A DNA stretch of 64,000 nucleotides from positions 388,430,001 to 388,494,000 of the forward strand of contig OZ024741.1 of assembly GCA_964016885.1 (NCBI GenBank). Direction: 5' to 3'. Both the position numbers and the translations under genes were made by a program. This stretch comes from Eledone cirrhosa (Eukaryota). Numbering within the stretch: the stretch's first letter is position 1; every line of letters begins with the position of its first letter. The notes beneath the pieces were generated by a model. That model worked only from the letters and a program-made list of their open reading frames with translations. It was not told the origin of the DNA and did not search any database. Positions 12,244 to 24,200 of this stretch are shown one piece after another.

Positions 12244-15200
12244 GTGTCAGTGTGTGTCTGTGTGAGTGGTGTATGTGTGTCAGTGTGTGTCTGTGTGAGT
12301 GGTGTATGTGTGTCAGTGTGTATCTGTGTGTGTGGTGTATGTGTGTCAGTGTGTATCTGTGTGTGTGGTGTATGTGTGTCAGTGTGTATCTGTGTGTGTG
12401 GTGTATGTGTATCTGTGTGTATCTGTGTGTGTGATGTATGTGTGTCAGTGTGTATCTGTGTGTGTGGTGTATGTGTATCTGTGTGTATCTGTGTGTGTGG
12501 TGTATGTGTGTCAGTGTGTATCTGTGTGTGTGATGTATGTGTGTCAGTGTGTATCTGTGTGTGTGGTGTATGTGTGTCAGTGTGTATCTGTGTGTATCTG
12601 TGTGTGTGGTGTGTGTGTGTCAGTATGTATCTGTGTGTGTGGTGTATGTGTGTCAGTGTGTATCTGTGGTTGTGGTGTGTGTGTATCTGTGGTTGTGGTG
12701 TGTGTGTGTCAGTATGTATATGTGTGTGTCGTGTATGTGTATCAGTATGTATCTGTGTGTGTGGTGTATGTGTGTCAGTGTGTATCTGTGTGTGTGGTGT
12801 ATGTGTGTCAGTGTGTGTCAGTGTGTATCTGTGTGAGTGGTGTATGTGTGTCAGTGTGTATCTGTGTGTGTGGTGTATGTGTGTCAGTATGTATCTGTGT
12901 GTGTGGTGTATGTGTATCAGTGTGTATCTGTGTGTGTGGTGTGTGTGTGTCAGTATGTATATGTGTGTGTGGTGTATGTGTATCAGTATGTATCTGTGTG
13001 TGTGGTGTATGTGTGTCAGTGTGTGTCTGTGTGAGTGGTGTATGTGTGTCAGTGTGTATCTGTGTGTGTGGTGTATGTGTATCTGTGTGTATCTGTGTGT
13101 GTGTTGTATGTGTGTTAGTGTGTATCTGTGTGTGTGGTGTATGTGTGTCAGTGTGTATCTGTGTGTGTGGTGTATGTGTGTCAGTGTGAATCTGTGTGTG
13201 TGGTGTATGTGTATCAGTATGTATCTGTGTGTGTGGTGTATGTGTGTCAGTGTGTGTCTGTGTGAGTGGTGTATGTGTGTCAGTGTGTATCTGTGTGTGT
13301 GGTGTATGTGTGTCAGTATGTATCTGTGTGTGTGGTGTATGTGTATCAGTGTGTATCTGTGTGTGTGGTGTATGTGTGTCAGTGTGTATCTGTGTGTGTG
13401 GTGTATGTGTATCAGTGTGTATCTTTGTGTGTGGTGTATGTGTGTCAGTATGTATCTGTGTGTGTGGTGTATGTGTGTCAGTGTGTATCTGTGTGTGTGG
13501 TGTATGTGTGTCAGTGTGTATCTGTGCGTGTGGTGTATGTGTGTCAGTGTGTGTCAGTGTGTATCTGTGTGTGTGGTGTATGTGTGTCAGTGTGTGTCAG
13601 TGTGTATCTGTGTGTGTGGCGTATGTGAGTCAGTGTGTATCTGTGTGTGTGGTGTATGTGTGTCAGTGTGTGTCAGTGTGTATCTTTGTGTGTGGTGTAT
13701 GTGTGTCAGTGTGTGTCAGTGTGTATCTTTGTGTGTGGTGTATGTGTGTCAGTGTGTATCTGTGTGTGTGGTGTATGTGTGTCAGTGTGTATCTGTGTGT
13801 GTGGCGTATGTGAGTCAGTGTGTATCTGTGTGTGTGGTGTATGTGTGTCAGTGTGTATCTGTGTGTGTGGTGTATGTGTGTCAGTGTGTATCTGTGTGTG
13901 TGGTGTATGTGTGTCAGTGTGTATCTGTGTGTGTGGTGTATGTGTATCAGTATGTATCTGTGTGTGTGGTGTATGTGTGTCAGTGTGTGTCTGTGTGAGT
14001 GGTGTATGTGTGTCAGTGTGTATCTGTGTGTGTGGTGTATGTGTGTCAGTGTGTATCTGTGTGTGTGGTGTATGTGTGTCAGTGTGAATCTGTGTGTGTG
14101 GTGTATGTGTGTCAGTGTGTATCCGTGTGTGTGGTGTATTTGTGTCAGTGTGTATCTGTGTGTGTGGCGTATGTGTGTCAGTGTGTATCTGTGTGTGTGG
14201 TGTATGTGTGTCAGTGTGTGTCAGTGTGTATCTTTGTGTGTGGTGTATGTGTGTCAGTGTGTGTCAGTGTGTATCTTTGTGTGTGGTGTATGTGTGTCAG
14301 TGTGTGTCAGTGTGTATCTTTGTGTGTGGTGTATGTGTGTCAGTGTGTATCTGTGTGTGTGGTGTATGTGTGTCAGTGTGTATCTGTGTGTGTGGCGTAT
14401 GTGAGTCAGTGTGTATCTGTGTGTGTGGTGTATGTGTGTCAGTGTGTATCTGTGTGTGTGGTGTATGTGTGTCAGCGTGTATCTCTGTGTGTGGTGTATG
14501 TGTGTCAGTGTGAATCTGTGTGTGTGGTGTATGTGTGTCATTGTGTATCCGTGTGTGTGGTGTATTTGTGTCAGTGTGTATCTGTGTGTGTGGTGTATGT
14601 GTGTCAGTATGTATCTGTGTGTGTGGTGTATGTGTATCAGTGTGTATCTGTGTGTGTGGTGTGTGTGTGTCAGTATGTATATGTGTGTGTGGTGTATGTG
14701 TATCAGTATGTATCTGTGTGTGTGGTGTATGTGTGTCAGTGTGTGTCTGTGTGAGTGGTGTATGTGTGTCAGTGTGTATCTGTGTGTGTGGTGTATGTGT
14801 ATCTGTGTGTATCTGTGTGTGTGTTGTATGTGTGTTAGTGTGTATCTGTGTGTGTGGTGTATGTGTGTCAGTGTGTATCTGTGTGTGTGGTGTATGTGTG
14901 TCAGTGTGAATCTGTGTGTGTGGTGTATGTGTATCAGTATGTATCTGTGTGTGTGGTGTATGTGTGTCAGTGTGTGTCTGTGTGAGTGGTGTATGTGTGT
15001 CAGTGTGTATCTGTGTGTGTGGTGTATGTGTGTCAGTATGTATCTGTGTGTGTGGTGTATGTGTATCAGTGTGTATCTGTGTGTGTGGTGTATGTGTGTC
15101 AGTGTGTATCTGTGTGTGTGGTGTATGTGTATCAGTGTGTATCTTTGTGTGTGGTGTATGTGTGTCAGTATGTATCTGTGTGTGTGGTGTATGTGTGTCA

Positions 15201-18200
15201 GTGTGTATCTGTGTGTGTGGTGTATGTGTGTCAGTGTGTATCTGTGCGTGTGGTGTATGTGTGTCAGTGTGTGTCAGTGTGTATCTGTGTGTGTGGTGTA
15301 TGTGTGTCAGTGTGTGTCAGTGTGTATCTGTGTGTGTGGCGTATGTGAGTCAGTGTGTATCTGTGTGTGTGGTGTATGTGTGTCAGTGTGTGTCAGTGTG
15401 TACCTTTGTGTGTGGTGTATGTGTGTCAGTGTGTGTCAGTGTGTATCTTTGTGTGTGGTGTATGTGTGTCAGTGTGTATCTGTGTGTGTGGTGTATGTGT
15501 GTCAGTGTGTATCTGTGTGTGTGGCGTATGTGAGTCAGTGTGTATCTGTGTGTGTGGTGTATGTGTGTCAGTGTGTATCTGTGTGTGTGGTGTATGTGTG
15601 TCAGTGTGTATCTGTGTGTGTGGTGTATGTGTGTCAGTGTGTATCTGTGTGTGTGGTGTATGTGTATCAGTATGTATCTGTGTGTGTGGTGTATGTGTGT
15701 CAGTGTGTGTCTGTGTGAGTGGTGTATGTGTGTCAGTGTGTATCTGTGTGTGTGGTGTATGTGTGTCAGTGTGTATCTGTGTGTGTGGTGTATGTGTGTC
15801 AGTGTGAATCTGTGTGTGTGGTGTATGTGTGTCAGTGTGTATCTGTGTGTGTGGCGTATGTGTGTCAGTGTGTATCTGTGTGTGTGGTGTATGTGTGTCA
15901 GTGTGTGTCAGTGTGTATCTTTGTGTGTGGTGTATGTGTGTCAGTGTGTGTCAGTGTGTATCTTTGTGTGTGGTGTATGAGTGTCAGTGTGTGTCAGTGT
16001 GTATCTTTGTGTGTGGTGTATGTGTGTCAGTGTGTATCTGTGTGTGTGGTGTATGTGTGTCAGTGTGTATCTGTGTGTGTGGCGTATGTGAGTCAGTGTG
16101 TATCTGTGTGTGTGGTGTATGTGTGTCAGTGTGTATCTGTGTGTGTGGTGTATGTGTGTCAGCGTGTATCTCTGTGTGTGGTGTATGTGTGTCAGTGTGA
16201 ATCTGTGTGTGTGGTGTATGTGTGTCATTGTGTATCCGTGTGTGTGGTGTATTTGTGTCAGTGTGTATCTGTGTGTGTGGCGTATGTGTGTCAGTGTGTA
16301 TCTGTGTGTGTGGTGTATGTGTGTCAGTGTGTGTCAGTGTGTATCTTTGTGTGTGGTGTATGTGTGTCAGTGTGTGTCAGTGTGTATCTTTGTGTGTGGT
16401 GTATGTGTGTCAGTGTGTGTCAGTGTGTATCTTTGTGTGTGGTGTATGTGTGTCAGTGTGTATCTGTGTGTTTGGTGTATGTGTGTCAGTGTGTATCTGT
16501 GTGTGTGGCGTATGTGAGTCAGTGTGTATCTGTGTGTGTGGTGTATGTGTGTCAGTGTGTATCTGTGTGTGTGGTGTATGTGTGTCAGTGTGTATCTGTG
16601 TGTGTGGTGTATGTGTGTCAGTGTGTATCTGTGTGTGTGGTGTATGTGTATCAGTATGTATCTGTGTGTGTGGTGTATGTGTGTCAGTGTGAGTCTGTGT
16701 GAGTGGTGTATGTGTGTCAGTGTGTATCTGTGTGTGTGGTGTATGTGTGTCAGTGTGTATCTGTGTGTGTGGTGTATGTGTGTCAGTGTGTATCTGTGTG
16801 TGTGGCGTATGTGAGTCAGTGTGTATCTGTGTGTGTGGTGTATGTGTGACAGTGTGTATCTGTGTGTGTGGTGTATGTGTGTCAGTGTGTATCTGTGCGT
16901 GTGGTGTATGTGTGTCAGTGTGTGTCAGTGTGTATCTGTGTGTGTGGTGTATGTGTGTCAGTGTGTATCAGTGTGTATCTGTGTGTGTGGTGTATGTGTA
17001 TCAGTGTGTATCTGTGTGTGTGGTGTATGTGTGTCAGTGTGTATCTGTGTGAGTGGTGTATGTGTGTCAGTGTGTATCTGTGTGTGTGGTGTATGTGTGT
17101 CAGTATGTATCTGTGTGTGTGGTGTATGTGTATCTGTGTGTATCTGTGTGTGTGGTGTGTGTGTGTCTGTATGTATATGTGTGTGTGGTGTATGTGTATC
17201 AGTATGTATCTGTGTGTGTGGGGTATGTGTGTCAGTGTGTGTCTGTGTGAGTGGTGTATGTGTGTCAGTGTGTATCTGTGTGTGTGGTGTATGTGTATCT
17301 GTGTGTATCTGTGTGTGTGTTGTATGTGTGTCAGTGTGTATCTGTGTGTGTGGTGTATGTGTGTCAGTGTGTATCTGTGTGTGTGGTGTATGTGTGTCAG
17401 TGTGTATCAGTGTGTGTGGTGTATGTGTATCAGTATGTATCTGTGTGTGTGGTGTATGTGTGTCAGTGTGTGTCTGTGTGAGTGGTGTATGTGTGTCAGT
17501 GTGTATCTGTTTGTGTGGTGTATGTGTGTCAGTATGTATCTGTGTGTGTGGTGTATGTGTATCAGTGTGTATCTGTGTGTGTGGTGTATGTGTGTCAGTG
17601 TGTATCTGTGTGTGTGGTGTATGTGTATCAGTGTGTATCTGTGTGTGTGGTGTATGTGTGTCAGTATGTATTTGTGTGTGTGGTGTATGTGTGTCAGTGT
17701 GTATCTGTGTGTGTGGTGTATGTGTGTCAGTGTGTATCTGTGCGTGTGGTGTATGTGTGTCAGTGTGTGTCAGTGTGTATCTGTGTGTGTGGTGTATGTG
17801 TGTCAGTGTGTGTCAGTGTGTATCTGTGTGTGTGGCGTATGTGAGTCAGTGTGTATCTGTGTGTGTGGTGTATGTGTGTCAGTGTGTGTCAGTGTGTATC
17901 TTTGTGTGTGCTGTATGTGTGTCAGTGTGTGTCAGTGTGTATCTTTGTGTGTGGTGTATGTGTGTCAGTGTGTATCTGTGTGTGTGGTGTATGTGTGTCA
18001 GTGTGTATCTGTGTGTGTGGCGTATGTGAGTCAGTGTGTATCTGTGTGTGTGGTGTATGTGTGTCAGTGTGTATCTGTATGTGTGGTGTATGTGTGTCAG
18101 TGTGTATCTGTGTGTGTGGCGTATGTGTGTCAGTGTGTATCTGTGTGTGTGGTGTATGTGTGTCAGTGTGTGTCAGTGTGTATCTTTGTGTGTGGTGTAT

Positions 18201-21200
18201 GTGTGTCAGTGTGTGTCAGTGTGTATCTTTGTGTGTGGTGTATGTGTGTCAGTGTGTGTCAGTGTGTATCTTTGTGTGTGGTGTATGTGTGTCAGTGTGT
18301 ATCTGTGTGTGTGGTGTATGTGTGTCAGTGTGTATCTGTGTGTGTGGCGTATGTGAGTCAGTGTGTATCTGTGTGTGTGGTGTATGTGTGTCAGTGTGTA
18401 TCTGTGTGTGTGGTGTATGTGTGTCAGTGTGTATCTGTGTGTGTGGTGTATGTGTGTCAGTGTGTGTCAGTGTGTATCTTTGTGTGTGGTCTATGTGTGT
18501 CAGTGTGTGTGAGTGTGTATCTGTGTGTGTGGTGTATGTGTGTCAGTGTGTATCTGTGTGTGTGGTGTATGTGTGTCAGTGTGTATCTGTGTGTGTGGCG
18601 TATGTGAGTCAGTGTGTATCTGTGTGTGTGGTGTATGTGTGTCAGTGTGTATCTGTGTGTGTGGTGTATGTGTGTCAGTGTGTATCTGTGTGTGTGGTGT
18701 ATGTGTGTCAGTGTGTATCTGTGTGTGTGGCGTATGTGAGTCAGTGTGTATCTGTGTGTGTGGTGTATGTGTGTCAGTGTGTATCTGTGTGTGTGGTGTA
18801 TGTGTGTCAGTGTGTATCTGTGCGTGTGGTGTATGTGTGTCAGTGTGTGTCAGTGTGTATCTGTGTGTGTGGTGTATGTGTGTCAGTGTGTATCTGTGTG
18901 TGTGGTGTATGTGTGTCAGTATGTATCTGTGTGTGTGGTGTATGCGTGTCAGTGTGTATCTGTGTGTGTGGTGTATGTGTGTCAGTATGTATCTGTGTGT
19001 GTGGTGTATGTGTGTAGTGTGTATCTGTGTGTGTGGTGTATGTGTGTCAGTGTGTATCTGTGCGTGTGGTGTATGTGTGTCAGTGTGTATCTGTGCGTGT
19101 GGTGTATGTGTGTCAGTGTGTATCTGTGCGTGTGGTGTATGCGTGTCAGTATGTATCTGTGTGTGTGGTGTATGTGTGTAGTGTGTATCTGTGTGTGTGG
19201 TGTATGTGTGTCAGTGTGTATCTGTGCGTGTGGTGTATGTGTGTCAGTGTGTATCTGTGCGTGTGGTGTATGTGTGTCAGTGTGTATCTGTGTGTGTGGT
19301 GTGTGTGTGTCAGAGTGTATCTGTGTGTGTGGTGTGTGTGTGTCAGTGTGTATCTGTGCGTGTGGTGTATACGTGTCAGTATGTATCTGTGTGTGTGGTG
19401 TATGTGTGTCAGTGAGTATCTGTGCGTGTGGTGTATGCGTGTCAGTATGTATCTGTGTGTGTGGTGTATGTGTGTCAGTGTGTATCTGTGTGTGTGGTGT
19501 ATGTGTGTCAGTGTGTATCTGTGCGTGTGGTGTATGTGTGTCAGTGTGTGTCAGTGTGTATCTTTGTGTGTGGTGTATGTGTGTCAGTGTGTGTCAGTGT
19601 GTATCTGTGTGTGTGGCGTATGTGAGTCAGTGTGTATCTGTGTGTGTGGTGTATGTGTGTCAGTGTGTATCTGTGTGTTTTGTGTATGTGTGTCAGTGTG
19701 TATCTGTGTGTGTGGTGTATGTGTGTCAGTGTGTATCTGTGTGTGTGGCGTATGTGAGTCAGTGTGTATCTGTGTGTGTGGTGTATGTGTGTCAGTGTGT
19801 ATCTGTGTGTGTGGTGTATGTGTGTCAGTGTGTATCTGTGCGTGTGGTGTATGTGTGTCAGTGTGTATCTGTGTGTGTGGTGTGTGTGTGTCAGTGTGTA
19901 TCTGTGTGTGTGGTGTATTTATGTCAGTGTGTATCTGTGTGTCTGGCGTATGTGAGTCAGTGTGTATCTGTGTGTGTGGTGTATGTGAGTCAGTGTGTAT
20001 CTTTGTGTGTGGTGTATGTGTGTCAGTGTGTATCTGTGTGTGTGGTGTATGTGTGTCAGTGTGTATCTGTGTGTGTGGCGTATGTGAGTCAGTGTGTATC
20101 TGTGTGTGTGGTGTATGTGTGTCAGTGTGTATCTGTGTGTGTGGTGTATGTGTGTCAGTGTGTATCTGTGTGTGTGGTGTATGTGTGTCAGTGTGTATCT
20201 GTGTGTGTGGCGTATGTGAGTCAGTGTGTATCTTTGTGTGTGGTGTATGTGTGTCAGTGTGTGTCAGTGTGTATCTGTGTGTGTGGTGTATTTGTGTCAG
20301 TGTGTATCTGTGTGTGTGGCGTATGTGAGTCAGTGTGTATCTGTGTGTGTGGCGTATGTGAGTCAGTGTGAATCTGTGTGTGTGGTGTATGTGTGTCAGT
20401 GTGTATCTGTGTGTGTGGTGTATGTGTATCAGTGTGTATCTGTGTGTGTGGTGTGTGTGTGTCAGTGTGTATCTGTGTGTGTGGTGTATGTGTGTCAGTG
20501 TGTATCTGTGCGTGTGGTGAATGTGTGTCAGTGTGTGTCAGTGTGTATCTGTGTGTGTGGCGTATGTGAGTCAGTGTGAATCTGTGTGTGTGGTGTATGT
20601 GTGTCAGTTTGTATCTGTGTGTGTGGTGTATGTGTATCAGTATGTATCTGTGTGTGTGGTGTATGCGTGTCAGTGTGTATCTGTGTGTGTGGTGTATGTG
20701 TATCAGTGTGTATCAGTGTGTATCTGTGTGTGTGGTGTATGTGTGTCAGTGTGTGTCAGTGTGTATCTGTGTGTGTGGTGTATGTGTGTCAGTATGTATC
20801 TGTGTGTGTGGTGTATGTGTGTAGTGTGTATCTGTGTGTGTGGTGTATGTGTGTCAGTGTGTATCTGTGCGTGTGGTGTATGTGTGTCAGTGTGTGTCTG
20901 TGTGTATCTGTGTGTGTGGTGTATGTGTATCAGTGTTTATATGTGTGTGTGGTGTATGTGTGTCAGTGTGTATCTGTGTGTGTGGGGTATGTGAGTCAGT
21001 GTGTATCTGTGTGTGTGGTGTATGTGTGTCAGTGTGTATCTGTGTGTGTGGTGTATGTGTGTCAGTGTGTATCCGTGTGTGTGGCGTATGTGAGTCAGTG
21101 TGTATCTGTGTGTGTGGTGTATGTGTGTCAGTGTGTATCTGTGTGTGTGGTGTATGTGTGTCAGTGTGTATCTGTGCGTGTGATGTATGTGTGTCAGTGT

Positions 21201-24200
21201 GTGTCAGTGTGTATCTGTGTGTGTGGTGTATGTGTGTCAGTGTGTATCTGTGTGTGTGGCGTAAGTGAGTCAGTGTGTATCTGTGTGTGAGGTGTATGTG
21301 TGTCAGTGTGTATCTGTGTGTGTGGCGTAAGTGAGTCAGTGTGTATCTGTGTGTGTGGTGTATGTGTGTCGGTGTGTATCAGTGTGTATCTGTGTGTGTG
21401 GTGTTTGTGTGTCAGTGTGTATCTGTGTGTGTGGTGTATGTGTGTCAGTGTGAATCTGTGTGTGTGGTGTATGTGTGTCAGTGTGTATCTGTGTGTGTGG
21501 TGTATGTGTGTCAGTGTGTATATGTGTGTGTGGTGTTTGTGTGTCAGTGTGTATCTGTGTGTGTGGTGTATGTGTATCTGTGTGTATCTGTATGTGTGGT
21601 GTATCTGTGTCAATGTGTATCTGTGTGTCTGGTGTATGTGTATCAGTGTGTATCTGTGTGTGTGGTGTTGTGTGTCAGTGTGTATCTGTGTATGTGGTGT
21701 ATGTGTGTCAGTGTGTATCTGTGTGTATCTGTGTGTGTGGTGTATGTGTGTCTGTGTGTATCTGTGTGTGTGGTGTATGTGTGTCAGTGTGTATCTGTGT
21801 GTGTGGTGTATGTGTATCTGTGTGTATCTCTATGTGTGGTGTATCTGTGTCAATGTGTATCTGTGTGTGTGGTGTATGTGTGTCAGTGTGTATCTGTGTG
21901 TATCTGTGTGTGTGGTGTATGTGTGTCAGTGTGTATCTGTGTGTGTGGTGTATGTGTGTCAGTGTGTATCTGTGTGTATCTGTGTGTGTGGTGTATGTGT
22001 GTCAGTATGTATCTGTGTGTGTGGTGTATGTGTATCAGTGTGTATCAGTGTGTATCTGTGTGTGTGGTGTATGTGTGTCAGTGTGTATCTGTGTGTATCT
22101 GTGTGTGTGGTGTATGTGTGTCAGTGTGTATCTGTGTGTGTGGTGTATGTGTGTCAGTGTGTATCTGTGTGTATCTGTGTGTGTGGTGTATGTGTGTCAG
22201 TATGTATCTGTGTGTGTGGTGTATGTGTGTCAGTGTGTATCTGTGTGTGTGGTGTATGTGTGTCAGTGTGTATCTGTGTGTATCTGTGTGTGTGGTGTAT
22301 GTGTGTCAGTGTGTATCAGTGTGTATCTGTGTGTGTGGTGTATGTGTGTCAGTGTGTATCTGTGTGTATCTGTGTGTGTGGTGTATGTGTGTCAGTGTGT
22401 ATCTGTGTCTATCTGTGTGTGTGGTGTATGTGTGTCAGTGTGTATCTGTGTGTGTGGTGTATGTGTGTCAGTGTGTATCTGTGTGTGTGGTGTATGTGTG
22501 TCAGTGTGTATCTGTGTGTATCTGTGTGTGTGGTGTATGTGTGTCAGTATGTATCTGTGTGTGTGGTGTATGTGTGTCAGTGTGTATCTGTGTGTGTGGT
22601 GTATGTGTGTCAGTGTGTATCTGTGTGTATCTGTGTGTGTGGTGTATGTGTGTCAGTGTGTATCTGTGTGTGTGGTGTATGTGTGTCAGTGCGTATCTGT
22701 GTGTGTGGTGTATGTGTGTCAGTTTGTATCTGTGTGTGTGGTGTATGTGTGTCAGTGTGTGTATGTGTGTCAGTGTGTATCTGTGTGTATCTGTGTGTGT
22801 GGTGTATGTGTGTCAGTGTGTATCTGTGTGTGTAGTGTATGTGTATCAGTGTGTATCTGTGTGTATGGTATATGTGTGTCAGTGTGTATCTGTGTGTGTG
22901 GTGTATGTGTGTCAGTGTGTATCTGTATGCGTGGTGTATGTGTGTCAGTGTCTATCTGTGTGTGTGGTGTGTGTGTCAGTGTGTATCTGTGTGTGTGGTG
23001 TATGTGTGTCAGTGTGTAACTGTTTGTGTGGTGTATGTGTGTCAGTGTGTATCTGTGTGTGTGGTGTATGTGTGTCAGTGTGTATCTGTGTGTAACTGTT
23101 TGTGTGGTGTATGTGTGTCAGTGTGTATCTGTGTGTGTGGTGTATGTGTGTCATTGTGTATCTGTGTGTATCTGTGTGTGTGGTGTATGTGTGTCAGTGT
23201 GTATCTGTGTGTGTGGTGTATGTGTGTCAGTGTTTAACTGTGTGTGTGGTGTATGTGTGTCAGTGTGTAACTGTGTGTGTGGTGTATGCGTGTCAGTGTG
23301 TATCTGTGTGTGTGGTGCATGTGTGTCAGTATGTATCTGTGTGTGTGGTGTATGTGTGTCAGTGTGTATCTGTGTGTGTGGTGTATGTGTGTCAGTGTGT
23401 ATCTGTGTGTGTGGTGTATGTGTGTCAGTGTGTATCTGTGTGTATCTGTGTGTGTGGTGTATGTGTGTCAGTGTGTATCTGTGTGTATCTGTGTGTGTGG
23501 TGTATGTGTGTCAGTGTGTATCTGTGTGTGTGGTGTATGTGTGTCAGTGTGTATCTGTGTGTGTAGTGTATGTGTGTCAGTGTGTATCAGTGTGTATCTG
23601 TGTGTGTGGTGTATGTGTGTCAGTGTTTAACTGTGTGTGTGGTGTATGTGTGTCAGTGTGTAACTGTGTGTGTGGTGTATGTGTGTCAGTGTGTATCTGT
23701 TTGTGTGGTGTATGTGTGTCAGTGTGTATCTGTGTGTGTGGTGTATGTGTATCAGTGTGTATCTGTGTGTGTGGTGTATGTGTGTCAGTGTGTATCTGTG
23801 TGTGTGGTGTATGTGTGTCAGTGTGTATCTGTGTGTATCTGTGTGAGTCAGTGTGTATCTGTGTGTGTGGTGTATGTGTGTCAGTGTGTATCTGTGTGTG
23901 TGGTGTATGTGTGTCAGTGTGTATCTGTGTGTGTGGTGTATGTGTGTCAGTGTGTATCTGTGTGTGTGGTGTATGTGTGTCAGCGTGTATCTGTGTGTGT
24001 GGTGTATTTGTGTCAGTGTGTATCTGTGTGTATCTGTGTGAGTCAGTGTGTATCTGTGTGTGTGGTGTATGTGTGTCAGTATGTATCTGTGTGTGTGGTG
24101 TATGTGTATCAGTGTGTATCTGTGTGTGTGGTGTATGTGTGTCAGTGTGTATCTGTGTGTGTGGTGTATGTGTGTCAGTGTGTATCTGTGTGTATCTGTG

